NCBI GenBank assembly: GCA_973895155.1
Contig: OZ316893.1
Location: 20,154,857 to 20,218,856 of the forward strand
Direction of reading: 5' to 3'
Length of the DNA stretch: 64,000 bases
DNA from: Marsupella aquatica
Lineage: Eukaryota; Plantae; Marchantiophyta
A program made the translations under genes and the position numbers. Under the pieces are notes generated by a model that saw only the letters and a list, made by a program, of their open reading frames with translations, ran no database searches and had not been told where the DNA came from. Positions 36,507 to 50,408 of the stretch are shown one piece after another (position 1 is the first letter of the stretch; every line of letters begins with the position of its first letter).

Positions 36507-38343
36507 TCGACAGAGTCGGAGACTTGTTTTGTGCCTTTAAACGATGCGACCTTTCCAAAGGTCCAGGAACAACTCCGTTCACTGTGATTAGTGTTGGTAA
36601 GTAAATAATGTGAGTGCCTAATTATTGGTACTAAACTAATAAGAAATAGTGTCTTTGTGCAATGGTTTATGCATGTTGGGACGTAAGATTTTCACGTTCA
36701 ACCTAGGGCACCCAACATTAATCACAGTGAAGGGTGTTGGGATACTTTTGGATCCTGTCTCTGGGTTTGTATCTTTTGTTATTTGGCAGATTGATATATA
36801 GGGCACTCACCTTATTCCCTTTGGGAGAAAACTTTTGAAACAATGCAGGTTTGAGATTTCTGAGATTTCTTAGGAACCACTAATTTATGTGTGCACCTTG
36901 AAATATGTCACTGGTATTAGTCCTACTCACATTAATTGCAGTGAAGGGTGAAGAAGATACCCAGTATACACTTGAAATTCTTTGCACTAATATAAGATCC
37001 TTTTCTGCTAAATTCCGTAGTGACTTGGTTGGCCCCAATAATGTTTTACTCTCCATGTCACTTAAATTACTGTTGTCACTCACCCCAAAATAAGTGAAAA
37101 TTCTCCTCAAGAAAGCAAAAAGTGGAGGACGAGTGATGATTTTGTCCCCGCAAGACTTCGGGTGACACTGGAGTCTGGAGGTTTAAGAGTGTTTAATATT
37201 CCGCTGTCAAACATTTTGACCAGGGTCATAAGGCATCTGATTACCATCTCTAGCCCATGGTCCTCACAACCAGTCTAGTTATGGAAGATGAAATGCTGGT
37301 AAAAATGCCTCAGTGCTTGAACACAAGATAACTACGGATTTCTGCTTAGTTTGGAGACAATATATTGCATTTGTGTACCAAACTTGTCACAAAAGGGATG
37401 CGCTTGTGCCAACGTTGTGATTTTGATATACATGGGGCTGATATTCATTTGTCCCACAATTTGCAAACGATTTTGGGACAAATTTGTTGCATTTATATCA
37501 CAATTTTGTTCAATTTAGATCATTATTTTCGAAGCAAAATGTGCAATAAGTTGTCCCACATTGATATTCAGTGTCTCATTCTCTCTAGTCTAGACACTGG
37601 CCAGTCACATATTAGAGCTAATGCAGGTTGAGAGACGCCAGGCCCAAAACTAAATCGAGGAAGATCAAAGCGAGGAGAACATTCAAGTAACATTTTGAGC
37701 GATCTGAGTTATCCTGAAGCACTGCAATGATATAACTAAACTATTAAATAAGAGCTCCACAAAATACTGCAAGGCTATTTCAGGAATCATGTGGCACTGC
37801 GGTTCATTGACAAGGCATTTGATGTCCACATTGTTGGATACATACTGAACTATTAAGAGCTCAACAAAATACTGCAAAGCATTTCAGGAATCATATGACA
37901 CTGACGTGTATTTGACATGCATTTTATGTCAACATTATTGGATACATAGTAGTTATCTCGGGAACATTAAGTGGGAAGAGAAGGGACTCGAGATTTGCGC
38001 GGATTGTCCTTTGGAAATGCACTATTTGATGGACAGAAAATCAAGCAAAGGAACGGCCCCTCCCTGGCTGTCATCAATGCAAGGTTTGCTCAACCCCTCA
38101 ACCTCAGAAATGTTTTGTCCCGCTTAATGTTCGAACTACCTTCGTGCGCATGTCACATTTTGTTGGCAAATCACGAGAGACTGTATCCACAGCAGCTCAA
38201 ATTCTCACTCGCCCCATGAGAAGAATATTGAACACAAACTGTGCATCGTTAATTAGCTCGAGGCATCGACATATTTGATCGTCTGATTCATGGTCCTATG
38301 GTAATCGAACTGGAATTGGGCCGCTTCTCAAAGTACTTGGCCA

Positions 38344-41300
38344 TCATAGGGTAATTGATGAGATCTGCTGTCGCCACATCCTATCCCTGGGTGCTCCCCA
38401 TCGAAGATCATGCTTACTCGAAGTTTCAGAATCTACGTCGCCAGACGTTTTCTTACCTTGCGGAAGCCGTAATTTAATGGGGGAAGACTTCTTACACTCC
38501 TCGTTGAGACCCTTGTAGCGGGAACGCAATTCTTCCAAAGTTTCCTCAGTTGCCTCTGCATCCTCTTTCAGGCTCTCTAAATCGTCCAGTAGCAGAGGAT
38601 CCGTGATGTTTACCATACTTTTCTGCAAGGCAACAAACGCATCACCAAAACTGCCTATACCGGTTTTCAATTTGAGTTTGAGTCAACAGGAACCGGAGTT
38701 CGGAAAAGTGTTTAGGGTGTGTTAATAGCAATTGAGTGACATAGAACGGGAAAGAAGCTGAAGCAACACTTCATGATGGAATCTTATATCTACACATCCA
38801 ATTTTGGTGACGATAGATTGGATAGAGCTCAACAGTAAGAGAATCGCACCTGCATGTTTCCCTTCTTCCGCATAATCTGTTCACAACGAGCTTTCAGTTT
38901 ACACAACTCAATTCGTCCATGATGTAGTTCCCTCTCCACCGTTTCCAGCTTATCGTTGGCGACCTGTGTCGCAACGGTTTGAGCTTAAATTTTCTCTTGT
39001 TCACAACAAAGAATAAATTCAAAAATTTAAGATGAGCGCACAATGGCACTGGTAGAAAAGGGAACTCCGTAGACATTGCTCGAATACTCTCAACGAGCAG
39101 AAAAGAAACACAGGAATACAGATCTCAGTATTCATGTACTTTGAAATTTCAACAGTATTTTCTTCTGAAAACACCTGGAATAGCTACTTAGGATCAAAGA
39201 TGAAAGCAGCCATGAACCCTGGCAATTCAATGTGCCAGGTCTGTCGATTACTGGGGTTGCAGAGAAAGAAACCCCTTGCCTTTGTATCTTTCTCAACATG
39301 CTGAAGTTTCTCTCGGACGTGGGACAGCGAGTGCACCATAATTGTTCTCTTCTTTCTCAACACTGCAATGTCTTCGTTCTTCGCACTGATCTGATTAGCC
39401 ACAAACACGCTTTTCCTCGTAGGTTATGGAACTAACAGTGTACCTAAACAGCATATCAGCCAGAGCATTCAAAGGAAATAGCACCTTGCAATTGAGGCAA
39501 GTAGTACGCGATATCATCACTCCTCAAATTGGTGTATCTAAGTAAGAGCTTAACCAATTAACCATTCCCGTCCCTTCCATAATCTGGCATTCTGGGTCAA
39601 CAATACTTGGTAGATCATTTGGCCACAGAGCTTCGTCTTGTCTAAAATAAGTCCTAGCTCATTGGATGTCCATAACAGACACGGACTCTAAGGGCAGTCT
39701 ATGTAACCCGAGAGGAATCAAGTGACTACATTGTCCCTCCTGCAATGAAGCCAATTAAGGTATGCCATTGATATAATTTGGTACTCGAAATTTACAGTCC
39801 ATGCTGACGGAATCGGACTACGGCATGAGATATGTACAAAGAATTCCTCCGACAACAGAAGTGCAGTAAGGCGGAAGCAAATACACAAATCACCTCATTC
39901 TTCTATCTTGATTAGGTGACCATCTGGCATCTCAGGAAAAGTGGCAAACGAACCTTTTCAGCAAGAGACTCGGTCTCCATCTTGAGCTGTTCGAAGTCAA
40001 CCAAATGAAGTCCACCTGGTAGCTGGTCCTTCTTGCGCTTTGCAGACTCAAGCTTTGCCAGACGACTTCGTAGTTGACGGGCCTGTATTCGAACCTTTGA
40101 AGCCTCTGCAGTTGCTGCACGGTCCCTGTCTTCAAGCTGCAAACCAGAACTTAACCATGGACAAAAGTTACCTACTTGTTCTCAACCAGACAGACTCGAC
40201 GGTAATTTGCAACTGCAAACATAGGTTCAAAATCTTTGCAACAGGGAACTTGTATGACATTAACTCTCGAAGTACTCCGAGATTAAGCTGTAAGGCATTA
40301 TCCACGAGAGTCGAAAGTGGCTGTCATGGTTTATTCATAATTATGTTCGTCCAACGAATTCTTGAATTGTTGTGTCAGGTTCACCTTGAAAGCTGGGACA
40401 ACAAAAGACTAAGGCGACATAACTCACCTGCTTCAGGACGACATCTGATAAGATTTGCCCAGTGACAGTGTTTTGTGCTTCCCTGGCCACCTGCACAGTA
40501 AAGGCTTCGCTTCATGAGAACGCTTATTAAGGTTATAGCCGAGGTTATCGCTACTCGATGCTGCTCTACAACATTGCATCCCAAATATGGAAAATCACAT
40601 ACTGATGAGCCATAATGCATCATCTGGGCAAATGAACAGGAAATCTATACCTGCCAAAGATCGTGAATCAGAGCCTCCTCTTGTTCATGAGCTTGTTTCT
40701 GGATCTTGCTTAGCTGGAAATGCATTTCATCAAACTGGTTATGATAATTTTGTCTTAATTGATCCAGCTCTTCTTTTAACTCTACCCATCGTGCTAGATT
40801 CTGCACACATCAGCGTCACAACCTTTATCAGCAAACTCCGGGAACATATGGTGCAAATGGTTCCAACGCATGAGATCCGGAGTAGAAAAAACAAAGCAAC
40901 AAACTCTTCGCATGAGACAAATTCAGAATTTATGCCGTTCGGTAGGCAAGAGTAAGCTATCCGACAATGGCATTATAAAAACATTATTGTACGACTTGAC
41001 TGAGTTTTCATCAACCTGACCAGATTCCGCCCTCGGCAATACAACAATAATCCTCCGCAACGCAGACCCGATAGCTGATATTCTAGCCCCATCTATATTC
41101 TAACGCCTTTTTCATTTTCAACCTACTTTTTCCAGGAAATACATAGAAGCAGTTCGAGTTCAGTATTGGTAGCGTAGAACAGTGCATGAGTGGCTGAAAT
41201 TTAGACAACAGGTGGAAGAAAACCCTGTCATCGACCCCTCGTATGCTCATTTGCCGCTTCCAAACTTTTGAAAGATTTCGAAAGGAGGCAGTACAAAGCA

Positions 41301-43084
41301 GATGTGCAAAGACGCAAGGCAAAACAATCGATGGCCGCACACAGGACGTTTGGAGGCGAATGAGTCATAAGATTACAGACTGGTAGAGAAAATCTTGTCC
41401 TTCAAGCATGTCGGCATCTACAATAGAACGCCTCCTCCTGTGTCGATTAGACAGAATATGTTGATGCAACTCTGCGTTTTCAGCCTTCAACGCACTAAGG
41501 TCATCTTGTGCTTCCTATACCAAACGATTAAATGCCATATTGAATCCACATATAAGTAAAGTATCAAGAAATAGACAGTTTTCCAGGAGATTCCGTTATC
41601 AGTTGAATCAGGAAAAATACGCTTACTAATAACACAAGTAGGACTGATAAGCACCTTGATGAGTACGTCAATATCAGGTTCTGGAGCCTGCTTCTCATTC
41701 TGCATTTTAGTACATAGTCCGTTTCAGTATACTTTCGCTGAATCTCAACCCTGCTAGATCCTGGAAATATGAGAGATAGAAAACAGGGCCAGAAATTAAG
41801 TAGGGCAAGATTTGTTGTAGAACATGGTGAATGTAGTTTGGCAGAACATTTCGTGCGGTCAGCCTTCCATTTACGTTACCTTTTCAGGCTTCTCTCTTAG
41901 TAACTCTACTTTGCATTCGTTACCGTCAGGCGAGACTTGGAAGGACACAACCACATGTTCCTGCCAGGACGGATGCAACGACGCAACACACAAAATAAGA
42001 TAGGGACCCATTCGTGACAAAGGATTAGACATGTATTTTAAAGGCCTTGACAAAGCTGCGATTTAGCTGGATTCTAAACTTACATTGATACTGAGACAAA
42101 GTGTCTGGAAGAAGCTAAAAGAAAATTTCGCCAACACGATTCTAAGTGAAGAAGGAGAGGGGCACGTAAGCAATGATGGGATTTCCTAAGACGATTCTGT
42201 TCCGAGCAGTGGGAAGAAGTATCCCGGGCAGCAGTCTTACAGAAAACGCAAGATCTGCTGTATGCAAGAAGCGAGAAAGGACATCTGACTACAATTCTGT
42301 GAATGTTACAAATCGATATTATTTTCCTCCTTCTAGCCAGGGGAGGAGCGGAAAGATCCAGTGGAAGAAGCTGCGACTATGCAATCGGAGGGTTAAGCGC
42401 GGCAAATAGGTTTCAAATTAGATTGAAGAATTTACAAAGACCTGGAGCAGAGAGCCGCGCTTCTGCATATCTACACGAAAACTTGAAATTTCTCCCAAGG
42501 TTGGCCCAGTGTTCAAAAGAACCAGAGACAGGGGGCTTCATTCCCGGAAACTAATGATTCCTGAATTCTGAAAAAATTGTAGCAAAGCAATGCCATCTTG
42601 TGATGTCAGCTCTGAAATCACACAGGCCCAAAATCTACGATAATATTTTGTGATCGCAAAAGTATAATATCTTGTGATCGCGAAAGCTTTCCAAAAACCT
42701 TCTGAAGTTAGAAAGGCCGGAAATCTACGTCAGCGTCAGGTTATGGTTAAGCCTGACGAGCAAAGGAGAGTCAAATTTTGACTCCAAAAATTTAGCACTG
42801 TCTAAGAGAAGTTTTCAATCGATCGATGTGCCCCGGACACAATGTTGCCCTCACCAGTTGATGACAAGGAAGCGTGACGGACATTGTGACCGGATAGAAT
42901 TGCCTTTTGAAGACGCAGGTATTGAATCAATATGTGAGGCCCTGTAACCTCGCATACAGCGGCTTCATCATCCTCATGCACTTACTTCATCTGTCTCGTC
43001 TCGATCAGGAGGAGTAGCCGAGGAATCTTCCGAAACAGTTCCAAGAGAATTATCGTCTTCCTCTTCACGCGCAAAAAACACCAT
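38344..43084 (-). CDS. CCDC96: Cilia/flagella-associated coiled-coil protein, CCDC96/CFAP184-like (DUF4201), multi-exon
   Basis: Spliced segments read EAQDDLSALKAENAELHQ..., NLARWVELKEELDQLRQ..., VAREAQNTVTGQILS..., KKDQLPGGLHLVDFEQLKMETESLAEK|ISAKNEDIAVLRKKRTIMVHSLSHVREKLQ, ...DPLLLDDLE. LHLxDFEQLK is the DUF4201 signature. 5' exons and the ATG at 43084 are tentative. Confidence 0.82.
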
Positions 43085-45170
43085 TTTCCTCTATCACGAC
43101 CTGGCTGTCACGACCTGGCTCAGGCAACGGATGATAGAAGAGAAACAAATCTGACAAGTGTTAGTTATCCGAGCGACCACGTTCCCAGGGACAAGACGAT
43201 GACTTCGTTGCCCAGCTTGAGTTATTCATGGCTGAAACAAAAGCAACCGCGAATTCAGTTGTAATCACGAACCAAAATGATGTCGAATAGTAAGATGATG
43301 TGAGCAAGTGTTTTTTTAGTGTAAGACAGGAAACGTTAAAACGGCTCTCCTGGCACCACTACATGAATTTCAAGTGAAGCCAGCCTTTTAAGCATCTAGA
43401 TAGCCCTAAAAGTTGTGAAATACCGACAATGGAAGGGGAATGCTCGTGTTATTTCAGTGTGTGTTACGAATGGCGATGGAGCATTCCTAGTTTGCAATCT
43501 ACCAAAAGGGATGCAATTCTACAGAGTCGACTCACTCCACAAACCATGTACATTACGGAGATACTCCCATGTTCAATTGCTCTCTTGTTCACCTTGAAAA
43601 TCAAACTTAACAAACATTGAGAAGAGCAGTAAACGGAAGAGGCCTTCGATTGCTTGGGTTACTTCTTGGCCAAGAAGCACTGTAGAGCATGGAAATCCTC
43701 AGCCTCAGATTATAATTTGGATCAAATTTAAATTACAGAACATTGTACTTTGGCATTCATCTTTAACCTTTGGTTTCCGCACAAGGAAGAATCAGTGAAA
43801 CTCCACTAGACAAATGGACGCCTTCGATTGATCACTAGTCACCCAATCTGGGCAGGAAACGACTTCCAATTCCGCTCTGCATTTCAGTCTTGCAGGAGAA
43901 GAACCTTCTTGCAGGGAGCCTACGGACTTGAAATGCTTCTCTGTTCGTAGCGCGCTTTGGACAGTCTCTCATCGAAGTCGAAATGTCGATACTCCGGGCT
44001 ACAATTTTATGAATTTGTAGATCACAGGAGGAACGGGGAGGACGGCGCAAAACACGTCGAGAACATTTTCAAAGGAAACGAAGTTCGCAACTCGGCATGT
44101 CATATCTTTGGCTAAGAGCGAGTCATGCTTATAGACGATTTCTGCTTTCACAAACTTCTCAATTTCGTTGTCGAGAACACGGATGAAATCGCCATGATGT
44201 TTCCCACAACCATCTCCGGAACCTCACTCATTCAATCTCTCTCAAAACCAATTACTTCGTGGACCCCTTGGTTAATAAAATCAGGGAAGAGTGGCTAATA
44301 AAATCAGGGGGAAGAGTAGATGTGAGCCGTCTCCATTTCTTATCTCTGGAAATCTAGTCAGTCCATCATAATGACCAATCTATGGCTCAAAAGAAATATC
44401 TCAAATAGATCTATGGATTCTGTCCATTTTGCAAATGGGTTAATATTTTTCAAATGAAAAATTAAACAAATCCAAGCCTTCCTAGTCGTCAATTTTGTTA
44501 ATTTTATGATTTTTGCCGTCCATTTTGTAATGCCTCTAAAAATCTTATTCATCCATGTTAGAAGGCGATCTAGGGTGCAAAAGAAAGATCTCAATGAGAT
44601 CTACGACTGAGTATTTTTTGTTTTGAGAATGAGTAAATAGTTTTGAGTATAAAATTCGATGAACTTTCAGGATTCCAGTCATTCCTCCTCCCCGATCTTG
44701 GGTTTATATGTGCTCTTCCCAGCATTAATGGCCATACAATACGATAGGTCCTTACATACCGGGAGTTGCGATTTAACAAGTAAGTTATCAAGTTAGTTAT
44801 TAGTCATTATTTATTATATGAAAAATATTTTTTATAAATTTTGAATTTAAATTTTAAAATTGGAAATGTAACTAAAACGGTTACATAGTGACAGTTTTAA
44901 CCTTCTTGCTCTTTGCATTTCCATTGTTTTTACTTTTCTTTTTACGGCATGGCGTCCCTAAATTTACACTCAAATTGACACAAACACGAATGAAAAATAT
45001 AAGTTTGATTCACAAAATTAGCTAGTCTTGTTTGTTGCGATTATTGATGACGTGGCATGCTGTGGTGCCAAGAATTTTGGAAGGGACTTCTAGTGGGGTC
45101 CGTAACTACAGTAAAAACACGGTATTTATCGCTTGGAAGCTAATAATAATGGATCCTTTTGTGTATATTA

Positions 45171-45659
45171 GGGCGTCTCAAACTTCAAATTTTACTCAAA
45201 TTTTCTCCAATTTTGGTGTACCTTAATTTGATGGACCTTAGATCAGTCTGAACAGACAACATTATGGATTACCAAATTCATAGTCTATCATTTTTTGCCA
45301 CAAAGATTAGTTGTATGCCATGACCATAAGTCTAGGTAAGTGAAAAGAACTCCCCCAAAAATTGATATAACCCTGTCAAAAAGCTATGGTCATTTGTTTA
45401 TGGCCAAAAGCCATTAGGGCTTGTCAAAGTTCTCATGTAAGCAATGTGTATTTTTGGACGGACCATCTTCATGAGGTATGTATTTTGGTAGCAAAGTCTT
45501 ATTGCTGTGGAGGTTTTTGGACGTACCATCTTTACGGGTATGTATTTTGGTACCCCATAGCCATTTTATCCCAGAAAACCACTTTATGTCTTGAGAACTG
45601 AGTTAGAGCGCTGCCTTGACACACCCTATTGTCCACAACTTTGAAACTTTGAGATGCCC
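45171..45659. mobile_element. TA-flanked MITE with a related MITE nested inside (45417-45626)
   Basis: Outer TA|GGGCGTCTCAAA...TTTGAGATGCCC|TA; inner TA|GGGCTTGTCAAAG...CCTTGACACACCC|TA. Confidence 0.7.
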
Positions 45660-48019
45660 TAATAAGGACCTGTTTCCAAGGCGCTGTGGGCTATAATAAT
45701 CCCAAAAAACAAGGGCTTCGGCAAAACTTTTGAGAGTAATTTATTGCCTATTCCCTGGTAATAAATAGTACACACACTTTAATCCTAAAAGATACTCCCA
45801 CTATTTTTTGTTGGTTTCTCCTTTCTTCACACTTGAAGATAAACCAAATTTCATTGAAGTTACTATGTTACCAAGAGGCACTTACAAATCTCAAAATGCC
45901 CTCGCATTGAGTGTAATAGGTATTCTCTTCCCATAAAGTTCAGAAATATACAAAGAGAAAAATATTGCAGGGATGTAAGTACCATCTACGCATGGGCATC
46001 TCAGTCATTTGAATAAAATTGTTACAGTGCCAATTGCAGATATGTTGTACATACTAGCCCCAGTAATTTGAAAGACAATGTTAGGGTTTAGGGTTTAATT
46101 ACTATTTTAATTAATTACTATTACCAGCCTGAATGTCCCTTCTTTGAATTTTATTATGACAAATATTGTCATGCAGGGTTCATTTTGACATACATACATA
46201 TCATCTTTCTTTCCATCTGCAAATTATGGTGAGTCCCTAGAGTCACTGTCTAGAAGCTTTACTCTAGAAGGCTAGGCCTCAACTCTAACTTCTATTCATG
46301 ATTTATTAATAAGTTGTTGTATGCTGTACATACTAGCCTACCAACCTGTTCTTTGAATTTAAGCCACTAGCCATGACCAAAACCTGGTTCCACAGATTTT
46401 CCCATTTTTAGTATTTCTCCTGAAATTGTGGAACAGAGTCTCAGGGTAGAGGAGGGAATTGTGAAAAAGGGAGAATGGGTAGAGGAGAGAAATGTGAAAA
46501 GGCGAGGAATCTTGGACACTTCTCTTTTGTGTGACTAGTGGTGGTTTAAGAAGAGACAAAAGAAAATAGATTATAGATTTGTCACTAACCCCATGCAAAG
46601 TTCTTTCCAAAATTACTGGCACCTTTGACCTGAACAGTGAGATGAAGGAAAAAAAATCTTCCCAGGGCTCCATGGAAAGTTCTATGTTCTTTCCAAAATT
46701 CCCGCCAGGGCATGTAGTCATGTCATCACATTTAGTCACAGAGAAAAAACACTGAGGTTTCAACAAGTGATTAACAAGTGATTGCCAGACAAGAAACCTC
46801 AACCTTTGCTATGGTCTTGAGTGAGACCTCAACCCCAACTGTAGCCAAGCTGGGGCAGAAACACCAGTAACTTTATTGTTGCTGTTAGCAATTAATGACG
46901 TCCTCAGAACGGCATCTCCAGTGGGAGGCCTAAAACAAGGGCATTAATGACGTCCTCAGAACGGGCATCTCCAGTGAGAGGCCTAAAACAAGGGGCCCTG
47001 AAGAAAATGTGAAGCGCCAGTGAGAGGCTACAAAAGGGGCCCTCTTGCACGTTGCATCACCTCCTCCCCTCCAGAAGCTACTGCTGGATGGCTTGCCGAG
47101 GATTGATCTTATTTACTTTCAGGGAACATGGAAGTCAAGGATGGGCAGAGAGACCTGGGGAGCAGGTGTAAGTAAGGAGACACATAAACACTTTTCAGGC
47201 TCCGTTTCTAAGAATCTTGAGCTTGATCGGAGCCATGCCCACTCTTCTTCCTCCACACAAAAGGTGGAGGGGAATTAAGGTTAGCCCTTTAATCTCCAAG
47301 AATCTTGAGCTTGATCTGAGCCATGCACACTCTTCTTCTAACACACAAGTGTGCATGAAGGTGCACACTCCTTCCTACAGACAAAAGGTGGAGGGAATTG
47401 ACGCTGAGACCACAAATATGAAACCTTCTGGTACTAGTAACATCGCAGTGGCCAAGCGGCAAAGCGTATGCTTTAAGAGAGGGATTTGCGATTATGGGAA
47501 AAAACTGATGAGACATTTTTGGCTGGTCTGTTTCTCTTGGGAACCTGATGGCGCAGAAACATAAAGTTGATTCTCAAAAACATCCTTCTTGTCAATTACA
47601 AACGCTCTCTTTCTCGCAATTAAATATGTTATTCCCATCACCCTTCATCCTAAATGACGACCTGTGATCACAAACTATTTGGTTCCAATCACTCCGCAAT
47701 CTGATTTTCATCCACAAGACACAACGGTGATGAACAAAATCTTCAAAGTAACTACACGGACACGGTTACAGAAATGAATCCGCTGGTGGACAAAGAAACC
47801 TTCCAGAAGACATCCTTCACTTCGTCGAGCAAATTGCTCAGAAAACATCGAAATGATACAATGAAGGGATAGCCATCGGAAAAGCACACATATTACATGC
47901 ATTGTACATGAACTCCAGTTAAAAAATGCCTCCTGTGGGAATCATCCAGAGAGCATCCTTTCGTTTCAACCAGAGAAGAGTCACACGAATAGTTTTTAAA
48001 GAATTTACAACTATTCAGT

Positions 48020-49253
48020 TTACTGGAAGTATCCGTCCTTCCTGCCCTTGAAGCCAATTTGACCGAACGTCAACACGACGAAGAGACCCAGGTGCCATGT
48101 GACCAACCACAACCTGCAGAGTGGTCACTAATCATCAGCTTGAATCCTCCAGGAAGATGCAAAGGGAGTTCTAGCGTCTTTTCCATGGACAGAATCCACC
48201 ACATCAAATAAATCAAAGGTGTAGTTGGATAAATTGTATTCCTCAAAACACGAAGAGAACTCACAACAGTGTAAAATTCAGGAGGACCACGTTAGGTGAG
48301 CAACATCACTCCGCATCCGACAATGTAACAATAGAACACTATATAGTCACACTAAAAGCTCAGTGACCTTCGAGTCCTAACCTTCAGAGAAAGGCAGTGA
48401 GACAAAATCTTACCAGAATGGAGAGGTCAGGGCGGGACCGGTGGGCCAGTGTGCAAGCTCGGGACCGATGCTCCCGAAGAACAAACCAGTCAAGCTGTTC
48501 CCGTTGATGATTGGGAGGCTCGATGGAGCCATCCAACCAATGAGCCCGAATCCAATGACAGACAGATCCTTCCGAAGCCAATCCCTGTTGAAGCTGTGAT
48601 GGCACGGGTTTGTCAGAAAGCGTTCACGCCTACTCATGCGAGCACTCGCCTCCCTGCCTGACTTAACCATCTTCATCCATAACGCGCTCTTATGCACTGA
48701 GAGACCATACATTCTTCGGTGATAATTTACGAGGAAATTGAGCACAAAATATCAACGCGCTGCGATACACTTCCCGGAGCAACGAGAACCAATTCAAAAT
48801 ATACTTCAAGAGACATTAGCACTTCTGTACATACCAGGTGGTCCGAGACATGCCGACGACATTCTGGAATTGTGGGGCAGTGCTGACTGACGCCCTCTGG
48901 ACGAACGCTGTTTCAAGTCAACAACCTATCAGTCCACTGCCGAACCTACATAGACCTCGGCGCGAGAGTAGTGACAGAAACTTTTGCACACGTTCAAGTA
49001 GGTCCTTGTACACTTTACATGAGACAAGTAAGTTTTCCAATTCAATTAGCTGGAGCTAGTACAAGTCACATCCAAATGCTTCAGATTTGACAGTACTTCT
49101 ATCATGTCCATCCATATTTGGCTTAGGTTTGAAAGAAGGAGAAGTCTTACAAGAAGTTAGCTGAACCTTAGAGCGAGCAGTTCTCACTGACAGGGAGGAG
49201 CTTCCCAGACCAGCAACCGGAGCCAAAGCTGCAGCAGCCATAGCTTGAGCCAT
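48020..49253 (-). CDS. PSAO: Photosystem I subunit O, chloroplast precursor; 4 coding exons (49253-49151, ~48907-48835, ~48594-48414, ~48112-48020)
   Basis: Transit peptide MAQAMAAAALAPVAGLGSSSL..., then CFNRDWLRKDLSVIGFGLIGWMAPSSLP...SLTGLFFGSIGPELAHWPTGPALTSPFW|LWLVTWHLGLFVVLTFGQIGFKGRKDGYFQ*; all junctions GT-AG and in phase. Confidence 0.97.
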
Positions 49254-50380
49254 TTCGTCGAATTATACCTGCAGCAGAGAAAGACTCGTCTCAAGACCAT
49301 GAAAGTACAAAAGTACGGACGCAAGACAATCCAGAACGGCCAGAGGTGCCGTCCTGGCGACAGCCTCGCAAATATGCACATTAGAAAGGCAATCCACACA
49401 ATCAAGAATTCACTCCAGAAGCAACGATGAATGACAGGAAACTTCAGTAAAGAACAATGATTGTGCCTGTCCACCGCATACAGCCCGATCACAACCTCAC
49501 TACCACTCTCAACTATCACGAAAGACGACAGGCATCTAACGACCAAAGCTATCACTCAATCACATTGAATCACTCACACTCAGCAGCAAGGAATCCGCTC
49601 CCAACCAGCATAATTGTCACATTGCAAGCAAGAATGCCTTGACAGCGACCCAGAAAGACGAGGAGAGAACTCTTACAGCAGAAGCGTTCGCATGCACAAG
49701 GACAACAACCACACCGTTCCGACGGACGAAAGAAGATAATGAGGGTTAAAGTTCACATGTAGAAGAACAACAAAACTGTTTCGAAGAAGGCTGACAGACG
49801 GAACGAGGCGACCGACAATACCTGAGATGCACCACGGTTGTACTGTCAAATTCCGGATCGATGGTGCGACAGAGGAAAATGCGTTGAGCTGATGCAATAA
49901 TAGTAGAAGCCGAGTGACAACAATGCCGAACGCGGGGAGGGACGGGGCGAGAATGTACAACAATAATCCTATGGCAGGATAGATCGCAAGAGAGGATCGA
50001 AGCCCGCCCTCATTGGCGATACCCAACCTTCGTCGGATAAGGTCCTGTCCTGACCCCACCACCGCAAACAGGAGTCCCGTACTCCCATCCCATAGTCCTC
50101 ACCCCCCTCCCCCTCCCCCTCCCCCATTCATTGTTTTCTTGTTTTTAAAATGGGCCAACTTTTCTTGGTTTTTTAAACCACAACTTGCCCTATATATTTT
50201 TCCAATTTTCAATCAGTGTTTTCCTCTAGCATGCTAATTTGTTCCATAATTTCAGGAAAAATCTCCTTTCAATGGTAACTGCGGGTAACCCCTAGCTTTT
50301 GAAGGGCAGTTATGGTTTAACATTAGCCAAGTTGGCTACTATTTTACCCTATAGACAAAGCATAGGTCTTTCATGGGATA

Positions 50381-50408
50381 CCAGCGCAATGCCTGTGCGT
50401 TGCACAAT
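50381..50408 (-). mobile_element. Helitron-like 3' terminus
   Basis: Minus strand TGTGCAACGCACAGGCATTGCGCTGG|T: a short hairpin (TGTGC-AAC-GCACA) followed by CTRR and then T. The 5' end was not located. Confidence 0.55.

Noticed and set aside
36880-37110. 76-aa ORF with an LRNLAEKDLI motif reminiscent of an NB-ARC winged helix
   Set aside because: A single short motif, with no P-loop, GLPL or MHD context.
42528-42548. miR166-like sequence GGCTTCATTCCC
   Set aside because: Partial match only; no precursor hairpin seen.
46081-46096. TTTAGGG telomeric repeats (also ~22849-22864)
   Set aside because: Only about two units each; too short to call an interstitial telomere.
49673-50062. 129-aa hydrophobic minus-strand ORF
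   Set aside because: Lies in the probable 5' UTR/leader intron region of PsaO; non-ATG start and no recognisable homology.
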